Assembly: GCA_965216315.1 (NCBI GenBank)
Contig: CBDCFN010000016.1
Coordinates: 1,184,001 to 1,248,000, forward strand
DNA: 64,000 nucleotides
Source of the DNA: a bacterium
Lineage (GTDB): Bacteria > UBA10199 > 2-02-FULL-50-16 > JAJFLM01
Reading direction: 5' to 3'
Shown here: positions 52,457 to 61,258 of the stretch, one piece after another
Position numbering within the stretch: position 1 is the first letter of the stretch
How the letters are laid out: each line of letters starts with the position of its first letter
Notes under the pieces: generated by a model
Databases searched by the model: none
What the model saw: only the letters and a program-made list of their open reading frames with translations
What the model was told of the DNA's origin: nothing
Made by a program: the position numbers and the translations under genes

Positions 52457-53386
52457 ATGAAAATCTCTCGACACGTATTAATGGGGGATCCCGCCTGTTT
52501 TCAGATCAAGCACGGTGTCAACCCGCACACGCGCAATCGCTGGGGAATGCGAAAAAAGGTCGATCGCGTCAAGGCACGCGAGCAATGGCAGGGAATGAAA
52601 GAGACTCTGGAGTCTTACGGGATCAAGGTCCATGTGATTCCGCCGCATGAAGAGCTGCCGGGCTTGGTATTCCCGGCGAACGCCGGCTTTGTCCCTCAGC
52701 TGGATGAAGCGCTTGCTTTAAGTGATCGCGATTTCGTATTGGCGCGCTTGAATCAGGCGCGTCGCCAGGAAGCTATCGTCAATGAAGTGGTGGCGCGGGA
52801 ACTTGGAATGAACTTACATCATGTGTTGGGTCAGTTTGAGGGGCAGGCCGATCTCATTCAGTGGGGCGATCGCTATCTTTTTACCCACGGCCGCCTCATA
52901 ACGCCTCATTTTACGCTTCGTCTCGGGTTTCCACCGTGGCGTCGGGTCTACGGCTTCCGGTCGGACGTGAAGGCGTTGGGAGAAATCGAGCGCTGGATTC
53001 CTATAAAGCGGACGCTTAGCTTAGAACTCTGCGATGAACGTTTTTATCACGGCGATACCATACTTTATTCGATTGGCCCCTCGAGAGAGTATTTGCTGCT
53101 TTATCGGAAGGGACTCATGCAGGCGTCGCTGCGAAAGTTAGGCGATGATCAGCATATTATCCCTTTAAGTGATGCCGATGCGCTGGCCTATGCGGCGAAT
53201 TCATTTCAGGTGATGGTGCAAGGGCAATGTACTCTCTTTATGCCGCTGGGCATCTCGGCCGCCTTACGCCGGGAGATAGAAGCTCGGGAGGTTCAGGTCG
53301 TGACGCTTGATGTCTCCGAGTTTCTCGAGAAGGGGGGTGGATCGGTTAAGTGTATGGTCGGCGATCTCGGTCAGGCCCCTCCTTAG
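52457..53386 (+). CDS. amidinotransferase/DDAH (pentein) superfamily enzyme
   Basis: VFPANAG, FEGQAD, RFYHGDT, SEFLEKGGGSVKC. Confidence 0.85.
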   Translation: MKISRHVLMGDPACFQIKHGVNPHTRNRWGMRKKVDRVKAREQWQGMKETLESYGIKVHVIPPHEELPGLVFPANAGFVPQLDEALALSDRDFVLARLNQARRQEAIVNEVVARELGMNLHHVLGQFEGQADLIQWGDRYLFTHGRLITPHFTLRLGFPPWRRVYGFRSDVKALGEIERWIPIKRTLSLELCDERFYHGDTILYSIGPSREYLLLYRKGLMQASLRKLGDDQHIIPLSDADALAYAANSFQVMVQGQCTLFMPLGISAALRREIEAREVQVVTLDVSEFLEKGGGSVKCMVGDLGQAPP

Positions 53387-53406
53387 ATGTATCGAAAGTA
53401 TACATC
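53386..53406. promoter_or_regulatory. inverted-repeat operator/enhancer upstream of the kinase-activator gene
   Basis: GATGTAT-CGAAAGT-ATACATC; the same motif occurs at 58109-58127. Confidence 0.55.
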
Positions 53407-53433
53407 CTATCTTCAGGGTGATATGCTAACCCT

Positions 53434-56400
53434 GTGAAAAAGAAGCTGATCTCGGATCGATATGAAATTATTAAAGAACTCGGACGAGGTGCCGGTGGAG
53501 TCACCTATCTGGTTCAGGATCGAAATGATCCCGATTTACCCAAAGCGCTTAAAATCATTAACGCTGAGTCCCAGGACGAAGCGCTCCGCCTTGCCTTCCG
53601 TCAAGAATGTCAACTGCTCAAAAAACTTTCTCACCCGAATATTGCCTGCGTTCTTGAGAGTGGAGCCGACGAAGACAGTCTTTATTACACGACAGAATAT
53701 GTGGAGGGCGAGGATTTTGTGAGCGCCTGCCGGGAGCGCGACTGGAATGCGGTCTTCTCCCTGATCGTACAGGCCTGTTGGGGGCTGGACTATCTCCATA
53801 AACAAAAAGTCATCCACCGTGATCTGAAACCGGCTAACATACTCGTCGGAAAAATTCACGAATCCGACAAGACGCTGGAGATGGAAAGCGTCCGGCTTAA
53901 GATAATTGATTTTGGATTGGCACTGAGTGCGGCGCAGCAGAGTCATGCGATGGAGACGGCGGGGACGCTCGGTTATATGGCACCCGAAGTCCTTGCGGGC
54001 GATGCCTATGACGGTCGAGCGGATCTCTACTCCTTAGGGGTTGTTCTCTACGAAATGGCTTTAGGCCGTTTACCGACGACAAAAACAACTAACTTTTCCG
54101 AATATCTGCAGGCTTTGCATCAACATCGAGTCGATATGGCGCCGCTACACGATAGTGATGAAATTCCCGGGGGGATTGTCAGTATTATCGAAAATTTAGT
54201 GATTGCTGACCCCGAAAAACGTCTTAAATCGGCACGCGAGGTCATCAAGTTACTCAATAAACGTGAGGATGAGTCATTTACCCTGACAGTTCCATCAAGC
54301 GAGACGAAGGGAAGAAGTCAGGCAAAGCGTAAGAAGGCTCCGATAAAACGTGCCACATCAAGTCAAACCGCATCAGCCCAAGAGAAAGTTGATAGTTTGC
54401 TGTCAATGATAAGGAGTGGGCGGCAACAAGAGGCTCGGGATTACATAGAAAACGAATTAGGATCGTTTGATGCGGAAAAAGATGCCGGTTTGGTCGAAGA
54501 ATTCTATGGGGCTGCGGGCCACGTTCTGACGGAGCAGGGTCAGTTTGATCAAGTGCATGATCTTATCAATAAAATGGAGAAACATCCGGCGCTTCGCGGT
54601 AAGGTTTCTATCGAGCAATTGATACTAGCCGTCCAATTGGCTTACCGGGAAGGGAAATTGGATGAGGCGAAGAAAAAACTGGGCGCAGTGACAGCCAAAC
54701 AGCTCAAAAAAGCTTCGTTGCAACAACAGACGCGCGTCGAGACGTATCGAGGTCTCGTATTGCAGGGCTTAAAGGAATTTGATGAGGCCGTGAAGGCTTT
54801 TGAGCGTGGGGCGGCGATGGCGGCTGAAAGTGGGCGCAAAGATCATCAGGTCGGCTTGCTCGCGAATGCCGCAACGCTTTATTACGATCAGGGTCAGTGG
54901 GGTCAAGCTTATGAGATGTATTGCCGGGCCGAAAAACTCGCCCGTGCCGGCACGAATACGCCTCTGCTCGGGACGATCCTCAATAACTTAGGCAATCTTT
55001 ACTTGTATTTCGGGCGTCAAAAGCAGGCCGAGCAGGCCCTGGAAGAATCTTTGCATATTGCGGAGGAACAGGGCCTTTCCGAATTGATCGCTTATAATCG
55101 ATACCTGCTCTCAACCGGAGAAATCGGGAAGGGCAATAGAGAAAAGGTTGCCGATTACTTAAGGCAGGCCTTGGAGTATGCCCGTGGTCTCGGGGGGTCT
55201 CAGGCGCTTTTTCAGGCGCGTCTTGCCGAGGCGTATTTTCATTTGTCGCAAGATGATTTCGAGGCCTGCAACGAGGACCTCCGTCTCTTGAGGGAGTGTG
55301 CCGGTGAAACGGGGCAGGCGGCATATGACTTGCAAGTAGACTGGTTTGAGGCGCGGTTTCGCATTCAGGAAAATAGTTTTGCTGATTATCCTGTGGCGGA
55401 TTGGTTGCAAGCCGTTCACGATGATGTGGTGAAACGACAGCTCCCTAACAGTCTGTGGCAGGTACTCAAGGATAAAGGCGATTTAGCGAAGGCGTTGGGG
55501 AATGAAGCTGAGGCTCAACAGGATTACCAGCGGGCCTTGGAAGTCATCGAAGAGCTAAAAGCGCGCGTGCCGAAAAAGTATCAGGAGAGCTTTATGCGAG
55601 ATCGCAAAAAAGAAAAAATACGTCGCTCACTTGAATTATTAAAGCCGTCAGAAACGGCAGAACCTGCCGAACCTGCGGATAAGAGTGATGTGACTTTTTC
55701 CTTTAAACGTTGGGCCGAGATTAATCGACGTCTCCTTATGCAATACGATATCGACCAACTGCTGGAGGAAATACTTGATACGGCATTGCGCATTACCGAT
55801 GCTGAACGTGGTTTTGTTATCCTTTCGGACGAACAGAACCTTGATATTAGAGCGGCACGCAATTTTGATAAACAAACGTTGAATCCGGATGCGGAGGAAT
55901 TCTCCTTTACGATCGCGCGCGATGTTATGCGTAAGGGTGAGAGCACAGTCAGCTTAGACGCGGCAGCCGATGAACGCTTTGCTGAGGCGCGCTCGGTGCA
56001 TTCACTGAAAATTCGTTCCGTGCTGTGCGTCCCGCTTCATTTAGGTCAGCGGACGGTGGGGCTCATTTATCTCGATAACCGTTATCGCCCGGGTGTTTTG
56101 ATCAATGAACATATCGAATTGATCGAAGCCTTGGCGGACCAAGCCTCCTTGACGCTGGAGCATGCGCGTCTGCATCGGGAGAATAAGGAGAAGATCGAGG
56201 AGCTGCAGTTAAACAAGCAACTCATCGAAAAGCTCAATGAACGCCTTGAAAAAGATCTGAGTGATACATCAGCCCATTTGGATGCCATGCGCGAAAGTAT
56301 GAAACGCGAACACGAAGAGATTAGCCTGCGCTATAGCTATGACAATATTATTGGAAAGAGCCCGGGGATTAAGAAAGTTCTTTCCGTGATCGACCGTGTC

Positions 56401-57312
56401 GTTGAAACGCACAGTCCGGTATTCATTTGCGGAGAATCAGGGACTGGTAAGGAGCTGATAGCGCGCGCATTTCATTTCAATGGCCCTAGAAAAGGCGGAC
56501 CCTTTATCGCGGAGAACTGCGCGGCCCTGGCGGATAATTTATTGGAGAGTGAGCTGTTTGGGCATGTGCGCGGGGCCTTTACAGGTGCGGAAAAAGATCG
56601 GGCGGGCCTGTTTCAAATGGCGCATCGAGGCACTTTGTTTCTGGATGAAGTCGGGGACATGTCCTTGGCGATGCAGGCCAAGTTGCTACGTGTCTTGCAA
56701 GAGGGTGAAGTGAGAAAGGTGGGCGGCCGGGATTATCAGAAGGTCGATGTCCGGGTGATCGCTGCGTCGCACAAGGATATTCGCAAGATGGTCACAACCA
56801 AGGAGTTCAGGCAGGATTTGTACTACCGCTTGAATGTCGTGCGGGTTGACCTGCCGCCTCTGCGCGATCGGGGTGAAGATATCTTGCTCCTGGCGGATTA
56901 TTTTCTGAGTCAGCAGGCGGAAGAGGCAGGTAAGCGGAAGCCACGCTTGAGCAAGGGGGCGATTCGAGTGTTATTGGATTATTCGTGGCCGGGGAACATC
57001 CGCGAATTGCAGAATGAGATGCAGCGTCTACTCATATTGGGTGCCGACGTGATTAGCCCTTCATTATTGAGTCCTCAGCTGATTGAGGGGGTTCAGTCAC
57101 AGCGCCAGCGTATCAAGGATGGTGGCTTAGAGGCGATTATCGCTCCGATCGAGAAGCAGGCGATTCTCGAGGCCTTGCAACGCTGTCGCGGAAATAAAGT
57201 CAAGGCGGCGCAACTCTTAAAGATTGGGCGCCGAACATTATATATGAAGCTCAAAGAGCATAATATCAGTCCCCATTGGGGCAAGGCGAGTGCCTCGGCG
57301 GCGCATTCATAG
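53434..57312 (+). CDS. Ser/Thr kinase-TPR-GAF-sigma54 AAA+ activator-Fis HTH fusion
   Basis: HRDLKPAN, DFG, YMAPE; TPR helices; GAF SVLCVPL..YLDNR; GESGTGKE, GAFTGA, WPGNIREL; C-terminal HTH. Confidence 0.93.
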   Translation: MKKKLISDRYEIIKELGRGAGGVTYLVQDRNDPDLPKALKIINAESQDEALRLAFRQECQLLKKLSHPNIACVLESGADEDSLYYTTEYVEGEDFVSACRERDWNAVFSLIVQACWGLDYLHKQKVIHRDLKPANILVGKIHESDKTLEMESVRLKIIDFGLALSAAQQSHAMETAGTLGYMAPEVLAGDAYDGRADLYSLGVVLYEMALGRLPTTKTTNFSEYLQALHQHRVDMAPLHDSDEIPGGIVSIIENLVIADPEKRLKSAREVIKLLNKREDESFTLTVPSSETKGRSQAKRKKAPIKRATSSQTASAQEKVDSLLSMIRSGRQQEARDYIENELGSFDAEKDAGLVEEFYGAAGHVLTEQGQFDQVHDLINKMEKHPALRGKVSIEQLILAVQLAYREGKLDEAKKKLGAVTAKQLKKASLQQQTRVETYRGLVLQGLKEFDEAVKAFERGAAMAAESGRKDHQVGLLANAATLYYDQGQWGQAYEMYCRAEKLARAGTNTPLLGTILNNLGNLYLYFGRQKQAEQALEESLHIAEEQGLSELIAYNRYLLSTGEIGKGNREKVADYLRQALEYARGLGGSQALFQARLAEAYFHLSQDDFEACNEDLRLLRECAGETGQAAYDLQVDWFEARFRIQENSFADYPVADWLQAVHDDVVKRQLPNSLWQVLKDKGDLAKALGNEAEAQQDYQRALEVIEELKARVPKKYQESFMRDRKKEKIRRSLELLKPSETAEPAEPADKSDVTFSFKRWAEINRRLLMQYDIDQLLEEILDTALRITDAERGFVILSDEQNLDIRAARNFDKQTLNPDAEEFSFTIARDVMRKGESTVSLDAAADERFAEARSVHSLKIRSVLCVPLHLGQRTVGLIYLDNRYRPGVLINEHIELIEALADQASLTLEHARLHRENKEKIEELQLNKQLIEKLNERLEKDLSDTSAHLDAMRESMKREHEEISLRYSYDNIIGKSPGIKKVLSVIDRVVETHSPVFICGESGTGKELIARAFHFNGPRKGGPFIAENCAALADNLLESELFGHVRGAFTGAEKDRAGLFQMAHRGTLFLDEVGDMSLAMQAKLLRVLQEGEVRKVGGRDYQKVDVRVIAASHKDIRKMVTTKEFRQDLYYRLNVVRVDLPPLRDRGEDILLLADYFLSQQAEEAGKRKPRLSKGAIRVLLDYSWPGNIRELQNEMQRLLILGADVISPSLLSPQLIEGVQSQRQRIKDGGLEAIIAPIEKQAILEALQRCRGNKVKAAQLLKIGRRTLYMKLKEHNISPHWGKASASAAHS

Positions 57313-57348
57313 ACCGAAAAGTCGCTGAGCTGATATAATTGAGGCGAT

Positions 57349-57822
57349 GTGAGCCATTTATTGTCGAAAATAGCGTTAGTTATTATTTTAAGCCCCTTCT
57401 TATTAGCACCTGGTGCCTGTCCCAGTGAACAGGCCGCGGTAGAGGACTCAGTCAATATTCAAGAGAGTGATGTTGCGACGGAACAAAACGTATCCGCAGG
57501 GACACGTCCGCCGAGTACGGAAGCGGCCGGGCCGGTCACTCCGGTTGATCCGGATCTGCAGGAGGCCTTAGAGGAGTGGCAGGAAGAGCAAGAAGAGAAG
57601 CAACGGCAACGCGCTGAGGCGATAAAAGAACAAGAGACAGTGGTTCGAGGGGATATAGAGGGCGTCAGGCTTCCGGATGACGCCGCGCCGATACGTCGTG
57701 AAGAGAGTGAGAAGTGTCCTATTGAGTATGAAGGGGAACCAACCGAGATCTCATGCGAGCTCTTGCGTCGTCTCCGCGAAGCGATGCAGCACAAGGCGAT
57801 CCCGATAATTGACTCGAATTGA
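57349..57822 (+). CDS. acidic hypothetical lipoprotein
   Basis: signal peptide ending in PGAC; C-terminal Cys pair. Confidence 0.7.
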   Translation: MSHLLSKIALVIILSPFLLAPGACPSEQAAVEDSVNIQESDVATEQNVSAGTRPPSTEAAGPVTPVDPDLQEALEEWQEEQEEKQRQRAEAIKEQETVVRGDIEGVRLPDDAAPIRREESEKCPIEYEGEPTEISCELLRRLREAMQHKAIPIIDSN

Positions 57823-57920
57823 TACATATTGGCCCCTCGATCCCTTTATTTCCCCATTCATCTATCCCCGTATTTAGATAATTATTTAATAATTTCAAAT
57901 AGATAAATAATAAGGCTTAT

Positions 57921-57936
57921 TGGCACGCCATTTGCT
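57921..57936 (+). promoter_or_regulatory. sigma54 -24/-12 promoter (unit 1)
   Basis: TGGCAC-GCCAT-TTGCT after an AT-rich tract. Confidence 0.8.
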
Positions 57937-57946
57937 CTACTCTAGG

Positions 57947-58025
57947 GCAGCACACTACACACACTACGCACCCAACACACGGGACGAATGGCTGGCGGCG
58001 CAACGCGGCCAGCCATTCGCTCCTA
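57947..58025 (+). ncRNA. candidate sigma54-dependent small RNA 1
   Basis: CA-rich leader, then a 12 bp perfect stem CGAATGGCTGGC/GCCAGCCATTCG; no downstream ORF. Confidence 0.55.
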
Positions 58026-58108
58026 TCCTCTCCAGTCATAGCCGCATAATCTAGTTCACTCGCTATGCGAATTCATGCGAATTGGCGCGCTAAGAGTCCG
58101 GTCAATTT

Positions 58109-58235
58109 ATGTATCGATCCGATACATACTGGGGTTTTTCAGCGGCGATGTTATCAAGTTCGTGCGAAAGGAATGATAAAATATTAAATAATATCAATAA
58201 GTTATAAAATTTCGGCTATTGGCATGGCTCTTGCT
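58109..58235 (+). promoter_or_regulatory. enhancer + IHF site + sigma54 promoter (unit 2)
   Basis: ATGTATCG-ATC-CGATACAT (58109-58127), TATCAATAAGTTA (58192-58204), TGGCAT-GGCTC-TTGCT (58220-58235). Confidence 0.8.
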
Positions 58236-58245
58236 CTCTAGGGAG

Positions 58246-58322
58246 GGACAATACGCTTTCATGCCCCTATGAAAGGTCGGATGGCTGGTGGCAATGAGGT
58301 CGCCAGCCATTTCGACCTCTTT
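58246..58322 (+). ncRNA. candidate sigma54-dependent small RNA 2 or structured leader
   Basis: long stem 58274-58318 shares the ATGGCTGG...CCAGCCATT core with unit 1. Confidence 0.5.
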
Positions 58323-58368
58323 CGGTGAGACGCCGCGAGGGGATAATGGTATAGTAGTGAGTAGACCC

Positions 58369-58854
58369 ATGAAGTTATCTAAAATTCAGTTATTATGCTT
58401 CAGTATCATCCTCCTCTCCGGTTCAGGGCTTGTCGCTTGTAAAGGTCAGTTTTCAGCGTTGCAAGGAACCGGCGTTGAAGTCGATGAGGGCGCGGATACC
58501 TCCATCGAAGGTGACGTCGGTGATGACACCGGTTTAGGCGGTGGGCCCGGCATTGATGGAGGAACCGATTCCTTTATTCCCGAAGACCCGGCCAGTGAAG
58601 GGACACCGGAACGTCCGGGTGCAACCAATCCTTCGATTCCGCGCGATCATGGCGACTTTGCGCCGTATATCCCACAAGATATGCCTAACGAGATGCGCAT
58701 GGCTGATCCGGATAGCGGGAAGGACGATGATGCACCCGCACCGGACAATGAAGAAGAGCCCGTCAACTGCGTGATTAAGTTTGGCGAAGACGGCGAGGAG
58801 ATTCCCTGTCCGCGCTTTAATGAAGTGAAGCAGTATCAGGAATTTACCGAATAA
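58369..58854 (+). CDS. acidic hypothetical lipoprotein
   Basis: lipobox LVAC; paralogous to 58864-59283. Confidence 0.75.
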   Translation: MKLSKIQLLCFSIILLSGSGLVACKGQFSALQGTGVEVDEGADTSIEGDVGDDTGLGGGPGIDGGTDSFIPEDPASEGTPERPGATNPSIPRDHGDFAPYIPQDMPNEMRMADPDSGKDDDAPAPDNEEEPVNCVIKFGEDGEEIPCPRFNEVKQYQEFTE

Positions 58855-58863
58855 TGCAGTCCG

Positions 58864-59283
58864 ATGACGTTTCTCTTTTCAAAACACAAACTGCTTGTTG
58901 CGATTTCACTCTGCGCGATGAGTTTGCTCGCCTGCCGCGGTGAATTTAGTGCGCTGACTGATGGACTGCAGGAGGCTGGAGACGGGACAACTTTAGGCGA
59001 TTCGGAAGTTGTGTCGGATAATCCGGCGCAACATGAAGGCACTCCTGAGCGACCCGGCATGCCGAATCCGCTCCCGCTTACCGATGATGAACATGATCTT
59101 CCCGAGCGTCCCGAGCATAACGCCCCAACGGAAGCGCTGGATGATACGAAGTACGACGATGAGGGGGAAGAACCGGAGCCGAGTGAAGAGGAAGAGTGTT
59201 TTCTGATGATTGACGGTGTTGAGACCAAGATTCCCTGTGAAGAATCGGCGCAACACATGCAACGCCCGGTGCTTTCAAAGTGA
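58864..59283 (+). CDS. acidic hypothetical lipoprotein
   Basis: lipobox LLAC; shares C.G.FSAL, EGTPERPG and IPC with the upstream gene. Confidence 0.75.
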   Translation: MTFLFSKHKLLVAISLCAMSLLACRGEFSALTDGLQEAGDGTTLGDSEVVSDNPAQHEGTPERPGMPNPLPLTDDEHDLPERPEHNAPTEALDDTKYDDEGEEPEPSEEEECFLMIDGVETKIPCEESAQHMQRPVLSK

Positions 59284-59297
59284 AAACGTGCGACCTA

Positions 59298-59960
59298 TTA
59301 CCCAAGCGTTCGCTTGGCAGCAAACTTATCCCGGCTCTTAATCGGAAGAATGTGCGTTTCTTTTGTTGGATCTAACTTAGGCTTAGTTCCAAAGACGATG
59401 TCCCAAAAAGGAGAGCTCACGCCGAAATAGTTGTCGCTGTCCTTAAAGTGATGAATCGAGTGATACTGTTTTAAATATTTTCCCAGTCGGGTCTTGGGGC
59501 GACCATGATGCGAGAAATAATGAATCCATTCATAAATAAGATAACCGACGGCCAGTCCCGCGCCCCATAGCATCGTGAATGCAAGGCTCTGGCTGACAGC
59601 CCACACGAGCAGCAAAAAGATTGCGTATAGGGGAATGGCCATGATGATAGGGGCGACGACATAGTCGGGGGCATTAGGAATTTCATGATGGAGGCGATGA
59701 AAACCAGAGGTCATGAATTTCCACGGTTCTTTTTCCGTATCGATGTGAAATGAAAACCGGTGCAGGAGATATTCAATCAGTGTCCAAGAGAAGAACCCCG
59801 TGAATAGTGACACGACGGCGTTGGAATACGTCATCGTGCTGTATCGAAGGGTGAGGGCCGTCATGAGGACGGCAGTACTCCCAAATACGACTATGGGAAC
59901 CCAGAAAGGTGACTTGCCCATCTTAAGATACTCTTCCGAAGTCATGTGCGTTCCTTTCAT
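59298..59960 (-). CDS. fatty acid hydroxylase / sterol desaturase family protein
   Basis: His boxes HRFSFH, HRLHH, HYFSHH, HSIHH; YFGVSSPFWD. Confidence 0.9.
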   Translation of the reverse strand: MKGTHMTSEEYLKMGKSPFWVPIVVFGSTAVLMTALTLRYSTMTYSNAVVSLFTGFFSWTLIEYLLHRFSFHIDTEKEPWKFMTSGFHRLHHEIPNAPDYVVAPIIMAIPLYAIFLLLVWAVSQSLAFTMLWGAGLAVGYLIYEWIHYFSHHGRPKTRLGKYLKQYHSIHHFKDSDNYFGVSSPFWDIVFGTKPKLDPTKETHILPIKSRDKFAAKRTLG

Positions 59961-59973
59961 TTAGGCTTGCCAA

Positions 59974-60044
59974 TAAGTAACCTATCAGTTACTTAATCTA
60001 GCGAGATAGGATTGGGCTGTCAATATTAATTAACCGTTCAGTTA
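59974..60044. promoter_or_regulatory. two candidate TetR operators in a divergent promoter
   Basis: TAAGTAAC-CTATCA-GTTACTTA (59974-59995) and TAACCGTTCAGTTA (60031-60044). Confidence 0.65.
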
Positions 60045-60073
60045 CTATATAGACATAAGTTATTGACATTATT

Positions 60074-60727
60074 ATGGTAAATGAAAGCAAAAAAACGCGG
60101 ACTCGAAATCCGGAGCAGACCCGGGCCCATATTCTGGCCCAATCGACCGGGCTGTTTGCCGCGAAGGGTTTTGAGGGGACGACGATCAGTGAAATCGTAG
60201 CGGCCACGGGATTTAACAAACGAATGATCTACCATTATTACGGGGATAAAAAGGGCCTCTATCGCGCCATCTTCGTTCACGAATGGGCCCAGCTCAAGGA
60301 GTCGTTTGATCGCGCCTTTCAACAGCGCATCGAGGAGGCCAGTGAAAAACCGGTGGATAGCCGGGAGCTCGTGCAGGATGCCCTGTCTATTTTCTTCGAT
60401 TTCATTGCATCCAACCAAAACTTTGTCCGTCTCATGATGTGGGAAGGCCTGGAAGGTGGCGAGATTTCGCGAAGTATTTGGAAAGAGGTAAGAGGTCCGC
60501 TCTATATCCAAATGGAGTTCTTAATTAAACAGGCCCAATCAGAGGGGAGTCTGGATTCGCAATTAGACCCCGCCCATCTCGTCATCAGCTTTATGGGGGC
60601 GATTAGCTTCTATTTTGCCTATGCCTCAACGATGGAGGACATACTGGGTGAGGATGCCTTGACCCCTCAGGCCTTAAAAAAACGAAAATCACAGTTATTG
60701 CGCCTGATGGAGAATTTGCGTTCATAA
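60074..60727 (+). CDS. TetR/AcrR-family regulator
   Basis: LFAAKGFEGTTISEI..MIYHYYGDKKGLY. Confidence 0.92.
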   Translation: MVNESKKTRTRNPEQTRAHILAQSTGLFAAKGFEGTTISEIVAATGFNKRMIYHYYGDKKGLYRAIFVHEWAQLKESFDRAFQQRIEEASEKPVDSRELVQDALSIFFDFIASNQNFVRLMMWEGLEGGEISRSIWKEVRGPLYIQMEFLIKQAQSEGSLDSQLDPAHLVISFMGAISFYFAYASTMEDILGEDALTPQALKKRKSQLLRLMENLRS

Positions 60728-60751
60728 GCGGACTCCTATAGGCTTGATGCG

Positions 60752-61258
60752 ATGAAGGAACTCATTTCTCAACAGGAGATTCAGGCGCGCGTCGAGGCGT
60801 TAGCGCGAGAAATTTCACAAGACTTGCAGAACAAGCCTACGGTGATTATCGGCGTCCTCAAAGGAGCCTTCGTTTTTATGAGTGATTTGGTGAGGCAACT
60901 GGACCTGCCGGTCCATTGCGACTTTATGCGGGTCTCGAGTTATCGAGGGACAGAATCTACGGGTCAGGTTCAGTTGGACCTTGATTTGAGTCAGTCTATA
61001 CAAGATAAGCATGTCCTCCTCGTTGAGGACTTGATTGATACCGGGACGACCTTGGAGTTTTTGCTGGAGCATTTAGGAAGCAAACGGCCGGCATCGATTC
61101 GTGTCTGTGCATTGCTCTACAAAGACGTGAATCCTCGGATTCGCCAGTCGATTGACTATGTCGGGTTTACCATTGGCGATGAGTTCGTCATTGGTTATGG
61201 AATGGATTTTGATGGTTTATACAGGTCGCTTCCCTACATTGCCGCCCTCCCGTCATAA
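60752..61258 (+). CDS. hpt: hypoxanthine phosphoribosyltransferase
   Basis: GVLKGAFVFMSDL, VSSY, VEDLIDTGTTL, FVIGYGMD. Confidence 0.95.
   Translation: MKELISQQEIQARVEALAREISQDLQNKPTVIIGVLKGAFVFMSDLVRQLDLPVHCDFMRVSSYRGTESTGQVQLDLDLSQSIQDKHVLLVEDLIDTGTTLEFLLEHLGSKRPASIRVCALLYKDVNPRIRQSIDYVGFTIGDEFVIGYGMDFDGLYRSLPYIAALPS

Noticed and set aside
58288..58368. Longer start for the lipoprotein ORF
   Set aside because: It begins inside the RNA hairpin, whereas ATG 58369 gives a normal signal peptide.
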